In this document: piece after piece, positions 18,720 through 29,032 of the stretch
Position numbering within the stretch: position 1 is the first letter of the stretch
Layout: each line of letters begins with the position of its first letter
From: a virus
Lineage: Duplodnaviria > Caudoviricetes
IMG/VR virus record: IMGVR_UViG_3300048582_000168
Coordinates: 1,306-65,305 of that record
Reading direction: 5' to 3' (one strand)
DNA length: 64,000 bases
The notes under the pieces: generated by a model
The model's database searches: none
What the model saw: the letters and a program-made list of their open reading frames with translations, nothing else
What the model was told of the DNA's origin: nothing
Translations under genes and position numbers: made by a program

Positions 18720-19132
18720 TCACGGTCACCATGGACCCGAACTGGGCGGCCAAGATCGACGCCGTCGGCGCGGACCTCGACAAGATGATCGTCGCGACGA
18801 ACGTCGACCTCTGGAACGACGTGGTCGAGGGCACACCGGTCGACACCGGCTTTGCCCGGGCAAGCTGGTGGGCAGCCCTTGGGGAGCCCGGAGCGCACCC
18901 GGCGCCACCATCCGAGGGGGACGGGCCCGGGTCGGTCCCTGCCCCGCCGTTCGCGAGCGCCCTCTTGACCAGCGCCGGGAAGGTGCTGTCCATTGCCAAC
19001 AGCGCAGCCTACATCTTCCGGCTGGAATACGACGGCTGGTCAGCCCAGAACTCCGGCTGGATCCGGGCGGCGGCGGCGAAATACGGAATCAACCTTTCGC
19101 GACATGCGGTGTCGCTGGGATACAAGGCATGA
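18716..19132 (+). CDS. HK97 gp10-like neck protein
   Basis: TPVDTGFARASW, NSAAYIFRLEY. Confidence 0.75.
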   Translation: MITVTMDPNWAAKIDAVGADLDKMIVATNVDLWNDVVEGTPVDTGFARASWWAALGEPGAHPAPPSEGDGPGSVPAPPFASALLTSAGKVLSIANSAAYIFRLEYDGWSAQNSGWIRAAAAKYGINLSRHAVSLGYKA

Positions 19133-19548
19133 ACGTGATGGGGCCCCTGCAGAGCGACCTGCGCCACCGGCTGCGGCTGGTGCCGGGTCTGCCGCAGGTC
19201 TTCCATTGGCAGGGCGTGCCGTTCGAACGGCAGCGCGGCGTGGCCTATGTGCAAGAGCGCCTGCAGCCGGTGGCAGCCGACGTCGTGAGCCTCGGCACCT
19301 ATGGCAACACCCGCGAGACCTTCAACTACCTGATCGACGTTTATGCCCCGGCAGAGGGGCCTCTCTTCGACCTCTACGCCCTCGGCGACGCGATCAGGGG
19401 GCACTTCTTTTCGGGCTCGGGCGTCGGCCCACCCTCCGCATTCGGGCGCGTGACGAACGCGGTGGTAACCGCTATGATCGCGCAAACCGACTGGTTTCAG
19501 CTTCCGGTGACGATCACCGGTTTCGTCCACAGGGAGACAGTTTCATGA
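19129..19548 (+). CDS. Tail terminator protein
   Basis: ATGA overlaps; IDVYAP, IRGHF, WFQLPVTI; precedes the tail tube gene. Confidence 0.65.
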   Translation: MNVMGPLQSDLRHRLRLVPGLPQVFHWQGVPFERQRGVAYVQERLQPVAADVVSLGTYGNTRETFNYLIDVYAPAEGPLFDLYALGDAIRGHFFSGSGVGPPSAFGRVTNAVVTAMIAQTDWFQLPVTITGFVHRETVS

Positions 19549-21368
19549 ACGCAACCTGCAGCCCCATCGTAGCGTCCGGCAGCTTGGCCGACCTTGGCTA
19601 TGCCGAGGAAGTCTGCGCTGGCAAGCCTATCGTCGACCCGCAACTGAAGGTGTTCCGGCGCCGCAGCACCACGCTCGCGCTGACCAAGGATGCCTACGAC
19701 AGCGAGGAAATCCGCAGCGACCGGATGGTGAGCGACAGCCGCCACGGCATCCGCCGGGTCGGGGGCGAGATCGTCTCCGAGGTGAGCCCTGCCAGCCATG
19801 ACGATGCCTACGCGGCGCTGATGGGCGGCTTCTGGCGCGCGGGCGCCTCGGTGGACCTCCTGCTGAACGCGGTGACCATCAACGCGAACGGCGTGGCGCA
19901 GCTTCCCGTCGCAGGCAACTGGGTGGCCCTCGGGTTCCGCATCGGCGACCGGATCACCTTCGCCGGGACGGGCAACATCGACTATGACGGTCGGTCGTTC
20001 ACCATTCTGGGCCTGCGGACGGATGACCCCCGGAACGCCACCCTGTCGAGCGAAAAGGGCTTCACCTTCCAAGCGACCACGCTGGCGCTGGGGACCGTGC
20101 GCGTCGCGGGCAAGAAACTCGGCATCGGGAACATTCTGCGCAGCTTCGTCTTCGAACGGGCGTTCACCGATATCGGTCGGTTCATCACCTATCGGGGCGT
20201 GCGGTTCAACAGCGCGGCCTTCGCGCTGCCTCCGACGGGCATCGCGACGGTGAACTTCGGCCTGATCGGGACCGATGCGGACCCGGTGGCGCTGGCGTCC
20301 ATCGATGGCGTGCCCGAGGTGGTCAAGGGACCGGCAGACTTCGGCACCCTGACCTTCGACGCGACGGCCCGGACGGTGACGGTCTCCGACAGCGACTGGG
20401 AAACCGAGGGCTTCGGCGTCGGCGATCTGGTGGTCTTCACCGGGATGAGCGTCGCGCCGCAGAATAACAACCCGCGCCACATCACGGCGGTGGACGGCGA
20501 GACCATCACGGTCGCAGAGGCCATCCAGACGGCGGTCGAGCCCGCCTTCAGCGTCCGCAAGGTCGCCCTGCCGGACTACGATGAGGTGAGCGAGGAAGGC
20601 GTGCTGGTCGCGGTCTCGGGGACCGTCGTCATCGGTGGGCGCCAGATCGGCGTCGTCACCGCGTTCGACATGACCATCAACAACAACATGGCCGGGTCGG
20701 AAGTCGTCGGATCGAACATCATCCCGACGATCACTTGGGGCAACCAGCAAACCGTGCAGGGCAGCCTGACCATTCTGTTCGACGCGGATGCGGGCCTTGA
20801 AGCCTACAACCGGTTCGACCTCGAGCAAGAGGCGCTGGTCGCCATGCGGATGGACAGCGCGGACGGGCAAGCCTTCCTGCAGATCACCCTGCCCCGCTGC
20901 AAATTCAACAGCGGCACCATCGGCGACGCGGTCGCCACCGGCCTGCCGATCACCATGGACATTCGCGGCCTGCAGCCGACGGACCCGGTGGCGGACAACA
21001 GTCAGGTGGTCATCCAGACGGCCTACGCGGGCATGGCGATGCCGGTGACCTCTCCGCCCTCGTCCGGCGCCCCGATCACGTTCAGCGTGACGGGCGTGGG
21101 CACGTCGACGGTCGGCCTGAGCGTCGGCGGCGGACCGGCCCCCCGGGCAGCGACCGCGACGGTGATCTACCAAGTCGACACGGATCCGGAGAATGAGACC
21201 GAGGTGGACATCTTCGCGGGCGACACCCCGGATGATGTGGCGGCTGCCATCGCGGCTGCCATCGATGCGACCTCGGACCTCAACGCGGTCGATCAGAACG
21301 GCAACGCCGTGCTGGTGACCCCCGAGAGCGGCACGCTGATCTCCGGGCTTCGGGTCGAGATCGCCTGA
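19545..21368 (+). CDS. Major tail tube protein with extra domains
   Basis: SEEIRSDRMVSDSRHG, SFVFERAFTDIG; two internal W..GF..GD...F.G inserts; C-terminal beta extension. Confidence 0.8.
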   Translation: MNATCSPIVASGSLADLGYAEEVCAGKPIVDPQLKVFRRRSTTLALTKDAYDSEEIRSDRMVSDSRHGIRRVGGEIVSEVSPASHDDAYAALMGGFWRAGASVDLLLNAVTINANGVAQLPVAGNWVALGFRIGDRITFAGTGNIDYDGRSFTILGLRTDDPRNATLSSEKGFTFQATTLALGTVRVAGKKLGIGNILRSFVFERAFTDIGRFITYRGVRFNSAAFALPPTGIATVNFGLIGTDADPVALASIDGVPEVVKGPADFGTLTFDATARTVTVSDSDWETEGFGVGDLVVFTGMSVAPQNNNPRHITAVDGETITVAEAIQTAVEPAFSVRKVALPDYDEVSEEGVLVAVSGTVVIGGRQIGVVTAFDMTINNNMAGSEVVGSNIIPTITWGNQQTVQGSLTILFDADAGLEAYNRFDLEQEALVAMRMDSADGQAFLQITLPRCKFNSGTIGDAVATGLPITMDIRGLQPTDPVADNSQVVIQTAYAGMAMPVTSPPSSGAPITFSVTGVGTSTVGLSVGGGPAPRAATATVIYQVDTDPENETEVDIFAGDTPDDVAAAIAAAIDATSDLNAVDQNGNAVLVTPESGTLISGLRVEIA

Positions 21369-21442
21369 TTGTGCGAGTGTTAAACACCCGCTAAGGTGAA
21401 GGGGCGCCATGGGAGGCGCCCCTTTTTTCTTTGGAGAAGCGC

Positions 21443-21895
21443 ATGGACCTTTCGACCCTGATGGTGACCGACGAAGCGAAAGCCGTCGATCTCGTTCACC
21501 CCGTTTCATTCCGCCCGCTCGGCACGCCGGAGGCGCCGGTCCGGGTGATGATCGTTCCCCCGTCGCACCCGCGCATGCGCGCGGTCGAGCGCCGCATTGC
21601 AGACCAGCGCGTGCAGAACGCCATGGTCGCCCGGGGCAGGATGAAGCTGTCGGCGGATGAGATCGAGGCGGAGGCGGTGGACCGGCTGGTGGCCTGCATC
21701 GAAAGCTGGGAGGGGATCAGCATCGAAGGCAAGCCCCTGAAGGTCTCGGCAGAGAACGCCCGGATGCTGATGACGAACCCGGCCCTGCGCTGGCTGCGTG
21801 ACCAGATCGACGTCGCGCTGGGGGATCACGGCACTTTTTTGCAGAAGCCCGAATCGACGACTTCGAATCCTTCTGCCGGTTCCACTTCGGCCTGA
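21443..21895 (+). CDS. Tail assembly chaperone (gpG-like)
   Basis: Lies between tube and tape measure; LVACIESWEGI; slippery T TTT TTG at 21835-21841. Confidence 0.75.
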   Translation: MDLSTLMVTDEAKAVDLVHPVSFRPLGTPEAPVRVMIVPPSHPRMRAVERRIADQRVQNAMVARGRMKLSADEIEAEAVDRLVACIESWEGISIEGKPLKVSAENARMLMTNPALRWLRDQIDVALGDHGTFLQKPESTTSNPSAGSTSA

Positions 21896-22230
21896 ATGTG
21901 GTGACGGACGGGGTTTCCGTCCGCGAGCATCTGGAAGCGGTCGAACGGCAGACCGGCATAACCCCGAAGGCCCTGCGTGGGCCGGACTGCCCGTTCGAAT
22001 TCGACCGGGTGTTCCTTCTCTGGTCAGAGATCCACGCGGGGCGGTCGAGCAACGGGATGGGGCTGACGCCCCTGACTTGGGTCGACATTGCCGCATGGCG
22101 CGACCTGACAGGGGAACTGGTGACGCCGGACGAAATCCGGGTTATTCGTAAGGTGGACGGCTGGTGGCTGGACATCATGACGGCGGAGCGCAAGGCAGAT
22201 GGTCGACATTCCCCTGATCGTAAACGCTGA
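21835..22230 (+). CDS. Tail assembly chaperone frameshift extension (gpT-like)
   Basis: The -1 frame is open from the slippery site; GMGLTPLTWVDIAAW. Confidence 0.7.
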   Translation, partial: FFAEARIDDFESFCRFHFGLNVVTDGVSVREHLEAVERQTGITPKALRGPDCPFEFDRVFLLWSEIHAGRSSNGMGLTPLTWVDIAAWRDLTGELVTPDEIRVIRKVDGWWLDIMTAERKADGRHSPDRKR

Positions 22231-25200
22231 CACTTCCTCGGTCGTGAAGGGGAAGACGGACCTCGCGGGGTTCAAAGAGGCGCTGGGGGGAGTAAAGACC
22301 CAGACGGACGCGGTGACGGGGGCCTCCCAGCGCGGCAGGGACGCACAGGGGCGCTACACGGCCTCCCAGCAACAAGGCAGCCGTGCAGCCCAAGAGGCGA
22401 CCCGTGCGGCCCGGGAACAGGCGGTAGCGGTCGACCGGGTGGCGCAAGCCTACAAGCTGGCCAAGGGCGCCATCGTGGGCTTCGTCGGTCTCGCCATCGT
22501 CCGCGACCTGCAGAACACCACAATGCAACTGCAGAAGATCAATATGACCTTCACGGCGGTGACCGGCAGCGCGTCGGGCGCGCGGCGGGAAATGGACTAT
22601 GTCCGCGAGACAGCCGACAGGCTCGGACAGGACGTCCTGACGGCGGCGGGCGCCTACGCCAAGCTGCTGGCTGCGACCAAGGGGACGAACATCACCCTCG
22701 AGGAAAGCCGGACGGTCTTCGAAGGGATCACGGCGGCGGCCACGGCCTACGGCCTGTCGCAATACGAACTCGAGGGCGCCTTGATGGCGGTCCAGCAGAT
22801 GATCTCCAAGGGGTCGGTGCAGGCCGAAGAACTGCGCGGGCAGTTGGGCGAGCGGCTGCCGGGCGCCTTCCAGATTGCAGCCCGGGCGATGGGTATGTCG
22901 ACACAGGAACTGTCGAAAGCCTTGGAACTGGGGCAGGTGGCGGCGGACGACTTCGTGCGGGCGTTCGGGCAGCAACTGCAGCAAGAGTTTGCCGGGTTTG
23001 CCTCGCAGACCCGCACGACTGCGACGGCGATCAGCGAACTCGAAAACTCGATGCTGGCCCTGAAGGAAGCGGTCATCGCGGGCGGTTTCCAGAAGGCCCT
23101 ATTCACGGTTCTGGAAGCCCTGAACCGGCTGGCGCAGTCAAAGGCGGCGGTCGCAGCGGCAGAAGCCCTCGGGGCGGCGTTCAACATGCTGGCCGACGTG
23201 GTCTCCTACCTTCTCGGGATCGTCGAGAGCGTCGCCAATAACGACATGCTGGCCGGGTTCTTCAACCTGATCGCGGACAACGTCGAGGTGGCGACGGTCG
23301 CGGTCCTCGCCCTTTACGCGGCGATGAAGACCGGGCTCCTGACCGCCATCGGGACGGTCATCGCAACCGGCGGCGGGCTGACCGGGGTCTTTGCGATGAT
23401 GGCCACGTCCATCGCTGGTGCAGCGGGCGCGGTCGCAGGCTTCATCGTGGCCTTGGGCCCCATCGGCTGGGCGGTGACGGCGGTCGCGGCCCTCGCGGCT
23501 GGGTTCTTCCTGCTGCGGGACGGAACGAAGGATCTGGAAACGGCCCAGCGCGACGTGCAGGCATCCATGCAGGCGACGGTCGAGGCATCCGACAAGCTGA
23601 CGGCGCTGAACGACACCCTGATCCAGCAACACCGCGACCTTGGCACGGCGGCGGCGGAAGGCAGCGCCGCGCAAGAGGCGGCGTCCCGGGTGGCCATCGA
23701 CCGCACCCTCGAGGAAATCCGCGTCCAGAACCAGCTTCTGGAAGCCCGGCGGCAAGTGATGATGGCCGATCAGGCGGCCCTGAAGGTCAGCATCGGGGAA
23801 GCCCGTGGCGGTCTGGGTGACAGCGCCCGCGACGCCTTGATGGGCGGCGCGGCGAACCGGGGTGACGTCGCAAAGATCGGCATGATGGGCGACGATGAGG
23901 CTATCGAGAAAGCCCAAGCCCTGATCGAGAAGCAGCAGGCGCTGAATGCGGTGCTAACCGACCGCCAGCGCATCTTCCTTGATGAGACCGCCGCCCTCGC
24001 CGAAGCCGAACAGTCCTACATCGACAACGGCAATGCGATCTCCCAGATGGGCGACGCCTTGGCGACGGCGGCAGAGGAACAGGCCAAGCTGCTGAATGAG
24101 ACCAAGCGGCTGGCAGACATCAAGTCCGGGTTCGCGGACGCGGTGAACGCGCTGGACGACATGGTCTGGTCGATGGGGCTGGTCGCGGGGGATGCACAGG
24201 CCCTGCAGGCGGCGCTGGACGCGGCCTTCGCGGCAGAAAGCCCGCAGGAGATGGCGAATGAAGTCCGCAAGGTGCAGGACATCCTGAAGCGCACCGGCAA
24301 CGCGGGCGGCGAGTTGGACGGCATCCTCGGCTACGTTCTGTCGACCTTGGGGCAGATGGCGGGCGTCGATATCGCCAGCCCGATCTGGGCCGGTGCGGCG
24401 GCAGCCGGGGCGATGGCAGACAACCTCGCGGCGGCATCGAAGAACTACTCCGCCCTGCGCGAGCGGACGGGGCAGAGCGGCCCGGACGCGGCGCGGTCGG
24501 CAACCCAATTCGGGCAGGTGACGCTGGACGGCGAAGTCATCACCCCGGGCGTCTTCGGCGCCGGGCTGGCTTCGCCGGTCACGGGCTCGTCCGGCGGCGG
24601 TGGCGGCGGCGCGACGCGGGATGCCTACAAGGAACAGCAACTCGACCTGACCAAGCGGCTGACCGAGGCGGAGCGCGAGCGGGCAGCCGTCCTCGCAGGC
24701 GAAGACATGGAGCGGTATGCTGCCGTTCAACAGGCGATCAACGCGGCCACGGCAGAGGGCACTGAACTCACCGAAGGCCAGATCGACGCGATCACCCAAC
24801 AGGCGAATGCGGTCTTCGACCTCGAGGAAAACGTCAAGAGCCTGAAGAACGCCTTCGACGCCATCGAGAGCGCGGCGGTGTCGTTCGGGTCAGCGATGGG
24901 CAAGGCCCTCGGGGACAGCCTGTTCGGCATCGGCAACTTCAAGGACGCGGCGAAGGCGGCATTCAAGGATCTGGTCTCGACCGTCCTCGAGGAACTCGGC
25001 AAGCTGGCGGCGTCGAAGATGCTGCAGATGATCCTTGGCGGCGCCATGGGTGGCGGCGGGTTCAGCCTCGGCAGTCTCGGCCTTGGCAATCTCAGTTTCG
25101 GGCTTGCGAATGGCGGGGTTCTGGAGGCCCCCACCTTTGCGATGACGTCGAGCGGTCGGATGGGGCAGGTGGCGGAGAACGGCCCCGAGGCGGTGCTGCC

Positions 25201-25441
25201 TTTGTCGCGCGGCCCGGACGGCAAGCTGGGTGTCCAGAATGCGGGCGGCGGGGGTGGGGTGACCATCAACATCACGAATAACGCGCCGGTCGAAGTGGCG
25301 ACATCGCAGCGCGATGACGGCGGGATCGACATCGTCATCAGCGCGGCGGCCAAGGCCACGGCGGACGGCGTCGCACGCGGCACGGGCGACCTCGCCCGGG
25401 TTCTGGAAAGCACCTATGGCCTGCGCAGGCAGGGACGGTAA
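22199..25441 (+). CDS. Tape measure protein
   Basis: 1080 aa, Ala-rich helical; QMISKGSVQAEELRGQLGERLPGA; C-terminal AENGPEAVLPL. Confidence 0.9.
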   Translation: MVDIPLIVNADTSSVVKGKTDLAGFKEALGGVKTQTDAVTGASQRGRDAQGRYTASQQQGSRAAQEATRAAREQAVAVDRVAQAYKLAKGAIVGFVGLAIVRDLQNTTMQLQKINMTFTAVTGSASGARREMDYVRETADRLGQDVLTAAGAYAKLLAATKGTNITLEESRTVFEGITAAATAYGLSQYELEGALMAVQQMISKGSVQAEELRGQLGERLPGAFQIAARAMGMSTQELSKALELGQVAADDFVRAFGQQLQQEFAGFASQTRTTATAISELENSMLALKEAVIAGGFQKALFTVLEALNRLAQSKAAVAAAEALGAAFNMLADVVSYLLGIVESVANNDMLAGFFNLIADNVEVATVAVLALYAAMKTGLLTAIGTVIATGGGLTGVFAMMATSIAGAAGAVAGFIVALGPIGWAVTAVAALAAGFFLLRDGTKDLETAQRDVQASMQATVEASDKLTALNDTLIQQHRDLGTAAAEGSAAQEAASRVAIDRTLEEIRVQNQLLEARRQVMMADQAALKVSIGEARGGLGDSARDALMGGAANRGDVAKIGMMGDDEAIEKAQALIEKQQALNAVLTDRQRIFLDETAALAEAEQSYIDNGNAISQMGDALATAAEEQAKLLNETKRLADIKSGFADAVNALDDMVWSMGLVAGDAQALQAALDAAFAAESPQEMANEVRKVQDILKRTGNAGGELDGILGYVLSTLGQMAGVDIASPIWAGAAAAGAMADNLAAASKNYSALRERTGQSGPDAARSATQFGQVTLDGEVITPGVFGAGLASPVTGSSGGGGGGATRDAYKEQQLDLTKRLTEAERERAAVLAGEDMERYAAVQQAINAATAEGTELTEGQIDAITQQANAVFDLEENVKSLKNAFDAIESAAVSFGSAMGKALGDSLFGIGNFKDAAKAAFKDLVSTVLEELGKLAASKMLQMILGGAMGGGGFSLGSLGLGNLSFGLANGGVLEAPTFAMTSSGRMGQVAENGPEAVLPLSRGPDGKLGVQNAGGGGGVTINITNNAPVEVATSQRDDGGIDIVISAAAKATADGVARGTGDLARVLESTYGLRRQGR

Positions 25442-25444
25442 AGC

Positions 25445-25939
25445 ATGCCCCTGACAGAAACCCAGAAGCGCATCTACGCCAGCGCCCCGGTCCGGTCGAT
25501 CATCCGGCAGGCCATCGTCCTGCGGCATCCGAGTTTCAGCCGGGAATTCCTGCTGACGAACTCGCCGGTCGGGTTTTTCGCCATCTGGCAGGCGCAGTCG
25601 CGGGAATTCTTGCCGGTGCCTTTCGAGGTGATCGAGCCGCGCCGGGACGACACGTCGCAGCAGGACTTGCGGCTGAAGATCGACAACGTCGACCCGAACA
25701 TCATGTTCGAACTCGAGAACGCGGCAACCGACTTCGGGTCAGCCATCGAATGCACCTATCTGGTCTTTGCCGACGATGACCCCCGTCCGCAGCAAGACCC
25801 GCCGCTGGTGCTGTTCCTGAGCGCCCTCGAGGTGACCCCCGAGGCGGTGGTCGGCACCGCGACCCGTGCGGACGTCGTGAATGCCGAGTTTCCCCGGCGC
25901 TACTACCGCATCAACGAATTCCCGGGGATGGCGCGATGA
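25445..25939 (+). CDS. DUF1833-like minor tail protein
   Basis: LRHPSFS, PVPFEV..P, LKIDNV, EFPRRYY...FPG. Confidence 0.7.
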   Translation: MPLTETQKRIYASAPVRSIIRQAIVLRHPSFSREFLLTNSPVGFFAIWQAQSREFLPVPFEVIEPRRDDTSQQDLRLKIDNVDPNIMFELENAATDFGSAIECTYLVFADDDPRPQQDPPLVLFLSALEVTPEAVVGTATRADVVNAEFPRRYYRINEFPGMAR

Positions 25940-26397
25940 CTTGCACAGAAAAGCAACTCGACCAAATTGCACAAAATGCACAAGTCACTGAACAAGTCGG
26001 GGCTTCTGTGCGCGACCCGTCGGTCCTGATCGGCAGGCCCTACCGCGTCGGCGCACGCGGACCGGACGCCTTCGACTGCTGGGGGCTGATCGTCGCCTGC
26101 TGCCCTTGGCTGCCGGACGATTGGGCCGATGAGGGGCTGGCGGTGCGCCGGGTGATCCGGATTATCGAGGAACAAGAGACGGACGGGCGCTGGCGGCGCG
26201 AGGACGGGCCCTGCGCAGGGGCCATCGCTATTTTCGGGACGGGGGCCCGGGCATCGCACACCGGCCTCGTGTGGCCCGTTTCTGAGGGGTTCCGCGTCGT
26301 TCACGCTTTGCCGGGGGTCGGGGTGGTTTCCCACCAGTTGCCGATGATGGAGAGGATGGGGCTGCGGCTGAAGGGAATCTACACATGGCACGGGTGA
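25936..26397 (+). CDS. NlpC/P60-like tail tip assembly protein
   Basis: GRPYRVGARGPDAFDCWGL, HTG, VVHA; start may be GTG 26008. Confidence 0.75.
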   Translation: MTCTEKQLDQIAQNAQVTEQVGASVRDPSVLIGRPYRVGARGPDAFDCWGLIVACCPWLPDDWADEGLAVRRVIRIIEEQETDGRWRREDGPCAGAIAIFGTGARASHTGLVWPVSEGFRVVHALPGVGVVSHQLPMMERMGLRLKGIYTWHG

Positions 26398-28544
26398 TCT
26401 ACTCGAACAACCCGATGCACCCGCGCGAGGGTGCGCAGATGTTCACCGCAGAGGGGCGGTTCATCGACGTCCTCGAAAGGCGGTTCCCGCACGGGTTCCA
26501 GCACCCCTATGTTGTCTACCGCCGGAACGGGGCGGAGCGGGTCGAGTTGGATGACTTCGACTTCCAGATGGAACCAGAGGAAGTGGTCGCCATTCTGGAA
26601 TACCCCGGCGGCGCCATCGTGCCGCTGCTGGTCCAGATCGCGGTGAACTTCCTCGTGACCTTCGCGATCACGCTGATCATCAACCTCCTGTTCCCGCCCC
26701 CGAGAGGCCCCGGTTCGGGTGGGCAGGCGTCGCCCGTCTACAGCTTTCAGGCCCGGCAGAACCAAGCCCGCCTTGGCGAGCCCATCCCGACGATCTACGG
26801 GCGGATGATCACTTACCCGAACATCATCTCTCAGCCCTACTACCGCTACGAGAACAACCAGCAATACCTGAACATGGTCCTCGCCATCGGCCACGGCTGG
26901 CACCAGTTGCACCGCGTCCTGATCGAGAACGACGACATCGCCCGCCTGCCAGCCGGGACCATCAGCGCGTGGATGTTCACGCCCGACCAGCACCAGAAGA
27001 AGATCGGCCCCATCGAAGCACAGACCGGGGTCTGGGAAGACGCGGTCACCAGCCCGCAGGTCGCAGGCCAGCGCCTGATCGGCAACGCGGGGTGGATTGG
27101 CTGGTTCGAGACGAACGCCGAAGGCACCTCCGCGACGGTGCTGGAATTCGACTTCCTGATGCCGAACGGTCTCTATTGGGTGGACAGCGACGGAAACTAC
27201 CGAGGGTGGAACACGACCGCACGCATGGAAGTGCAACAGATCGACGATCTGGGGAACCCCATCGGCGCGTCGTCGATCTATGACGCGACCTATGGAGCGG
27301 CAAGCCGGACCCCCATCCGCGCCACCTATGCCATCGGCCTTCCCGGCGGCAGGTGGCGGGCGCGTGTTCGGCGGCAGGTGTGGACAGCCGATAACCGCGT
27401 GATCGAGGAAATGCAGGTCATCGGCATGCGGGCGCGGTTGGAGCGCACCGGGCAGGCGGCCTACGGCGACACGACCATTCTAGTGGTGAAGATCAAGGCA
27501 AACGAGGCGATCTCGGACGCAGCCCAGCGCCGCATCCGGGCAGAGGTGACCCGTCTCTGCCCAACATGGCGCGGCCCGGGGCTGGTGGCGACGTCGAACC
27601 CGGCAGACCATTTCTATGACATCATGACCGACCCGGTGAACGGCGCCGGACGGCCTGTGAGCGAAGTCGACACCGCGACGCTGGAAGCCCTCCGGCAGCG
27701 GTGGGCGAGCCGGTCCGGGTTCAACGGCCAATTCGACCAGCGCGGGACGGTTCTGGGCGGCATCGCGGCGGTGACGGCGGTCGAGCGCGCCCGCCCGGTC
27801 TCTATCGGCGGCACCATGTCGGCCATCGCGGACGGGCCCCAGACGATGCGGACGGCACTGTTCACGCCCGAGAACATCAAGGAAGGCAGCTTCTCGCTGC
27901 GCTACCTCTTCAAGCAGGATGACCCCTACGACGGATACGAAGTCGAATTCTTCGACGCGCGGGACTTCACCCAAGACGTCCGGGTCTGGCCGAAGTCCTC
28001 CGTCCGCCCTCGCACCATCCCCCTTCTGGGCTGCACGAATGCGACGCAAGCGGAGCAATACGCCCGATGGCTTTGGCAACAGGACGTCTACACCCGCAAG
28101 TCGGTGGTTTTCGAGACCGAGATGGAAGGGCTGATCTACGCTCTGGGCGAGCGGTTCGGCGTCGCGCACCCCTTGCCGAACTGGGGCGCCGCCGCCCGGG
28201 TGACGCGGGTGAGCGGGCGCGTCCTTCTTCTGGACAAGGCGTTCGGGCCGGTGACGAACCCCTACGTCTTCCTGCGCAGCGAGACCGGCGGCGTGAGCGC
28301 GCCCATCGGGATCACCATGCGGGACGACACCGACCTGATGGTGACCGAGATCACCCTGAACTCGAACCCGCCGTTTCCGCTGTTCGGCAGGGGCAATCAG
28401 GAGCCGACGTTCGTCGCCATCGGCAGCGGACAGGACTTCGTGCAGGATTTCATCTTCTCGGAGATTGAGCCCCTGCAGCAAGGGACTGTCCGGATCACCG
28501 GCATCCTGTATGATACCCGCGTCTGGGGAGGGATCACGACCTGA
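26385..28544 (+). CDS. Tail tip/hub protein (TipJ-like)
   Basis: NQARLGEPIPTIYGR, ATSNPA, LFTPENI. Confidence 0.8.
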   Translation: MARVIYSNNPMHPREGAQMFTAEGRFIDVLERRFPHGFQHPYVVYRRNGAERVELDDFDFQMEPEEVVAILEYPGGAIVPLLVQIAVNFLVTFAITLIINLLFPPPRGPGSGGQASPVYSFQARQNQARLGEPIPTIYGRMITYPNIISQPYYRYENNQQYLNMVLAIGHGWHQLHRVLIENDDIARLPAGTISAWMFTPDQHQKKIGPIEAQTGVWEDAVTSPQVAGQRLIGNAGWIGWFETNAEGTSATVLEFDFLMPNGLYWVDSDGNYRGWNTTARMEVQQIDDLGNPIGASSIYDATYGAASRTPIRATYAIGLPGGRWRARVRRQVWTADNRVIEEMQVIGMRARLERTGQAAYGDTTILVVKIKANEAISDAAQRRIRAEVTRLCPTWRGPGLVATSNPADHFYDIMTDPVNGAGRPVSEVDTATLEALRQRWASRSGFNGQFDQRGTVLGGIAAVTAVERARPVSIGGTMSAIADGPQTMRTALFTPENIKEGSFSLRYLFKQDDPYDGYEVEFFDARDFTQDVRVWPKSSVRPRTIPLLGCTNATQAEQYARWLWQQDVYTRKSVVFETEMEGLIYALGERFGVAHPLPNWGAAARVTRVSGRVLLLDKAFGPVTNPYVFLRSETGGVSAPIGITMRDDTDLMVTEITLNSNPPFPLFGRGNQEPTFVAIGSGQDFVQDFIFSEIEPLQQGTVRITGILYDTRVWGGITT

Positions 28545-29032
28545 TGGCCACCACGCTTGCAGTCTTTCCGATGGACGATCTGGGCGCCCCGCTGCGGGCG
28601 AGTTACCGCTATGCGGTGGACATGGGCTTGATCCGGACCCCCTTCGAAAGCGGCGCCGTCCGGCAGCGGCGGAAATACCTGAACCAGCCTGCGGCCCTCA
28701 GCCTCGCATGGGATTTCAACACCGCACAGGTCGCCCGGTTCGGCGGCTTTGCCGATCTGAACGGCTACTCGTGGTTCGCGATGGCGCTACCGTCGATCCA
28801 GACCCCGGGGAACGAAGTGGACCCGCCGGTCTACGTCACTCCCATCGAACTGCGGTTTTCGACGAACTACGTCGTCAGCGCCACCGGGTTCGACCGGTTC
28901 AAGGTCGAGGTGGCGGCAGAGGTAGCGTCCATGCGCAGCCTGCAGGACTTCCTGCGCCTCTACTGGTCCGACGACGGCAAGGAATTCTATTTCGCCGACG
29001 ACGCGACCGGCGTCTACCTCGGGAGAGACTGA
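28544..29032 (+). CDS. Distal-tail-like minor tail protein
   Basis: LIRTPFESGAVRQRRKY. Confidence 0.6.
   Translation: MATTLAVFPMDDLGAPLRASYRYAVDMGLIRTPFESGAVRQRRKYLNQPAALSLAWDFNTAQVARFGGFADLNGYSWFAMALPSIQTPGNEVDPPVYVTPIELRFSTNYVVSATGFDRFKVEVAAEVASMRSLQDFLRLYWSDDGKEFYFADDATGVYLGRD

Noticed and set aside
21378-21394. Possible CtrA box (TTAA-N7-CTAA); similar TTAA sites at 14335 and 59801
   Set aside because: Only one near-match and the second half-sites are not conserved; too weak to call.
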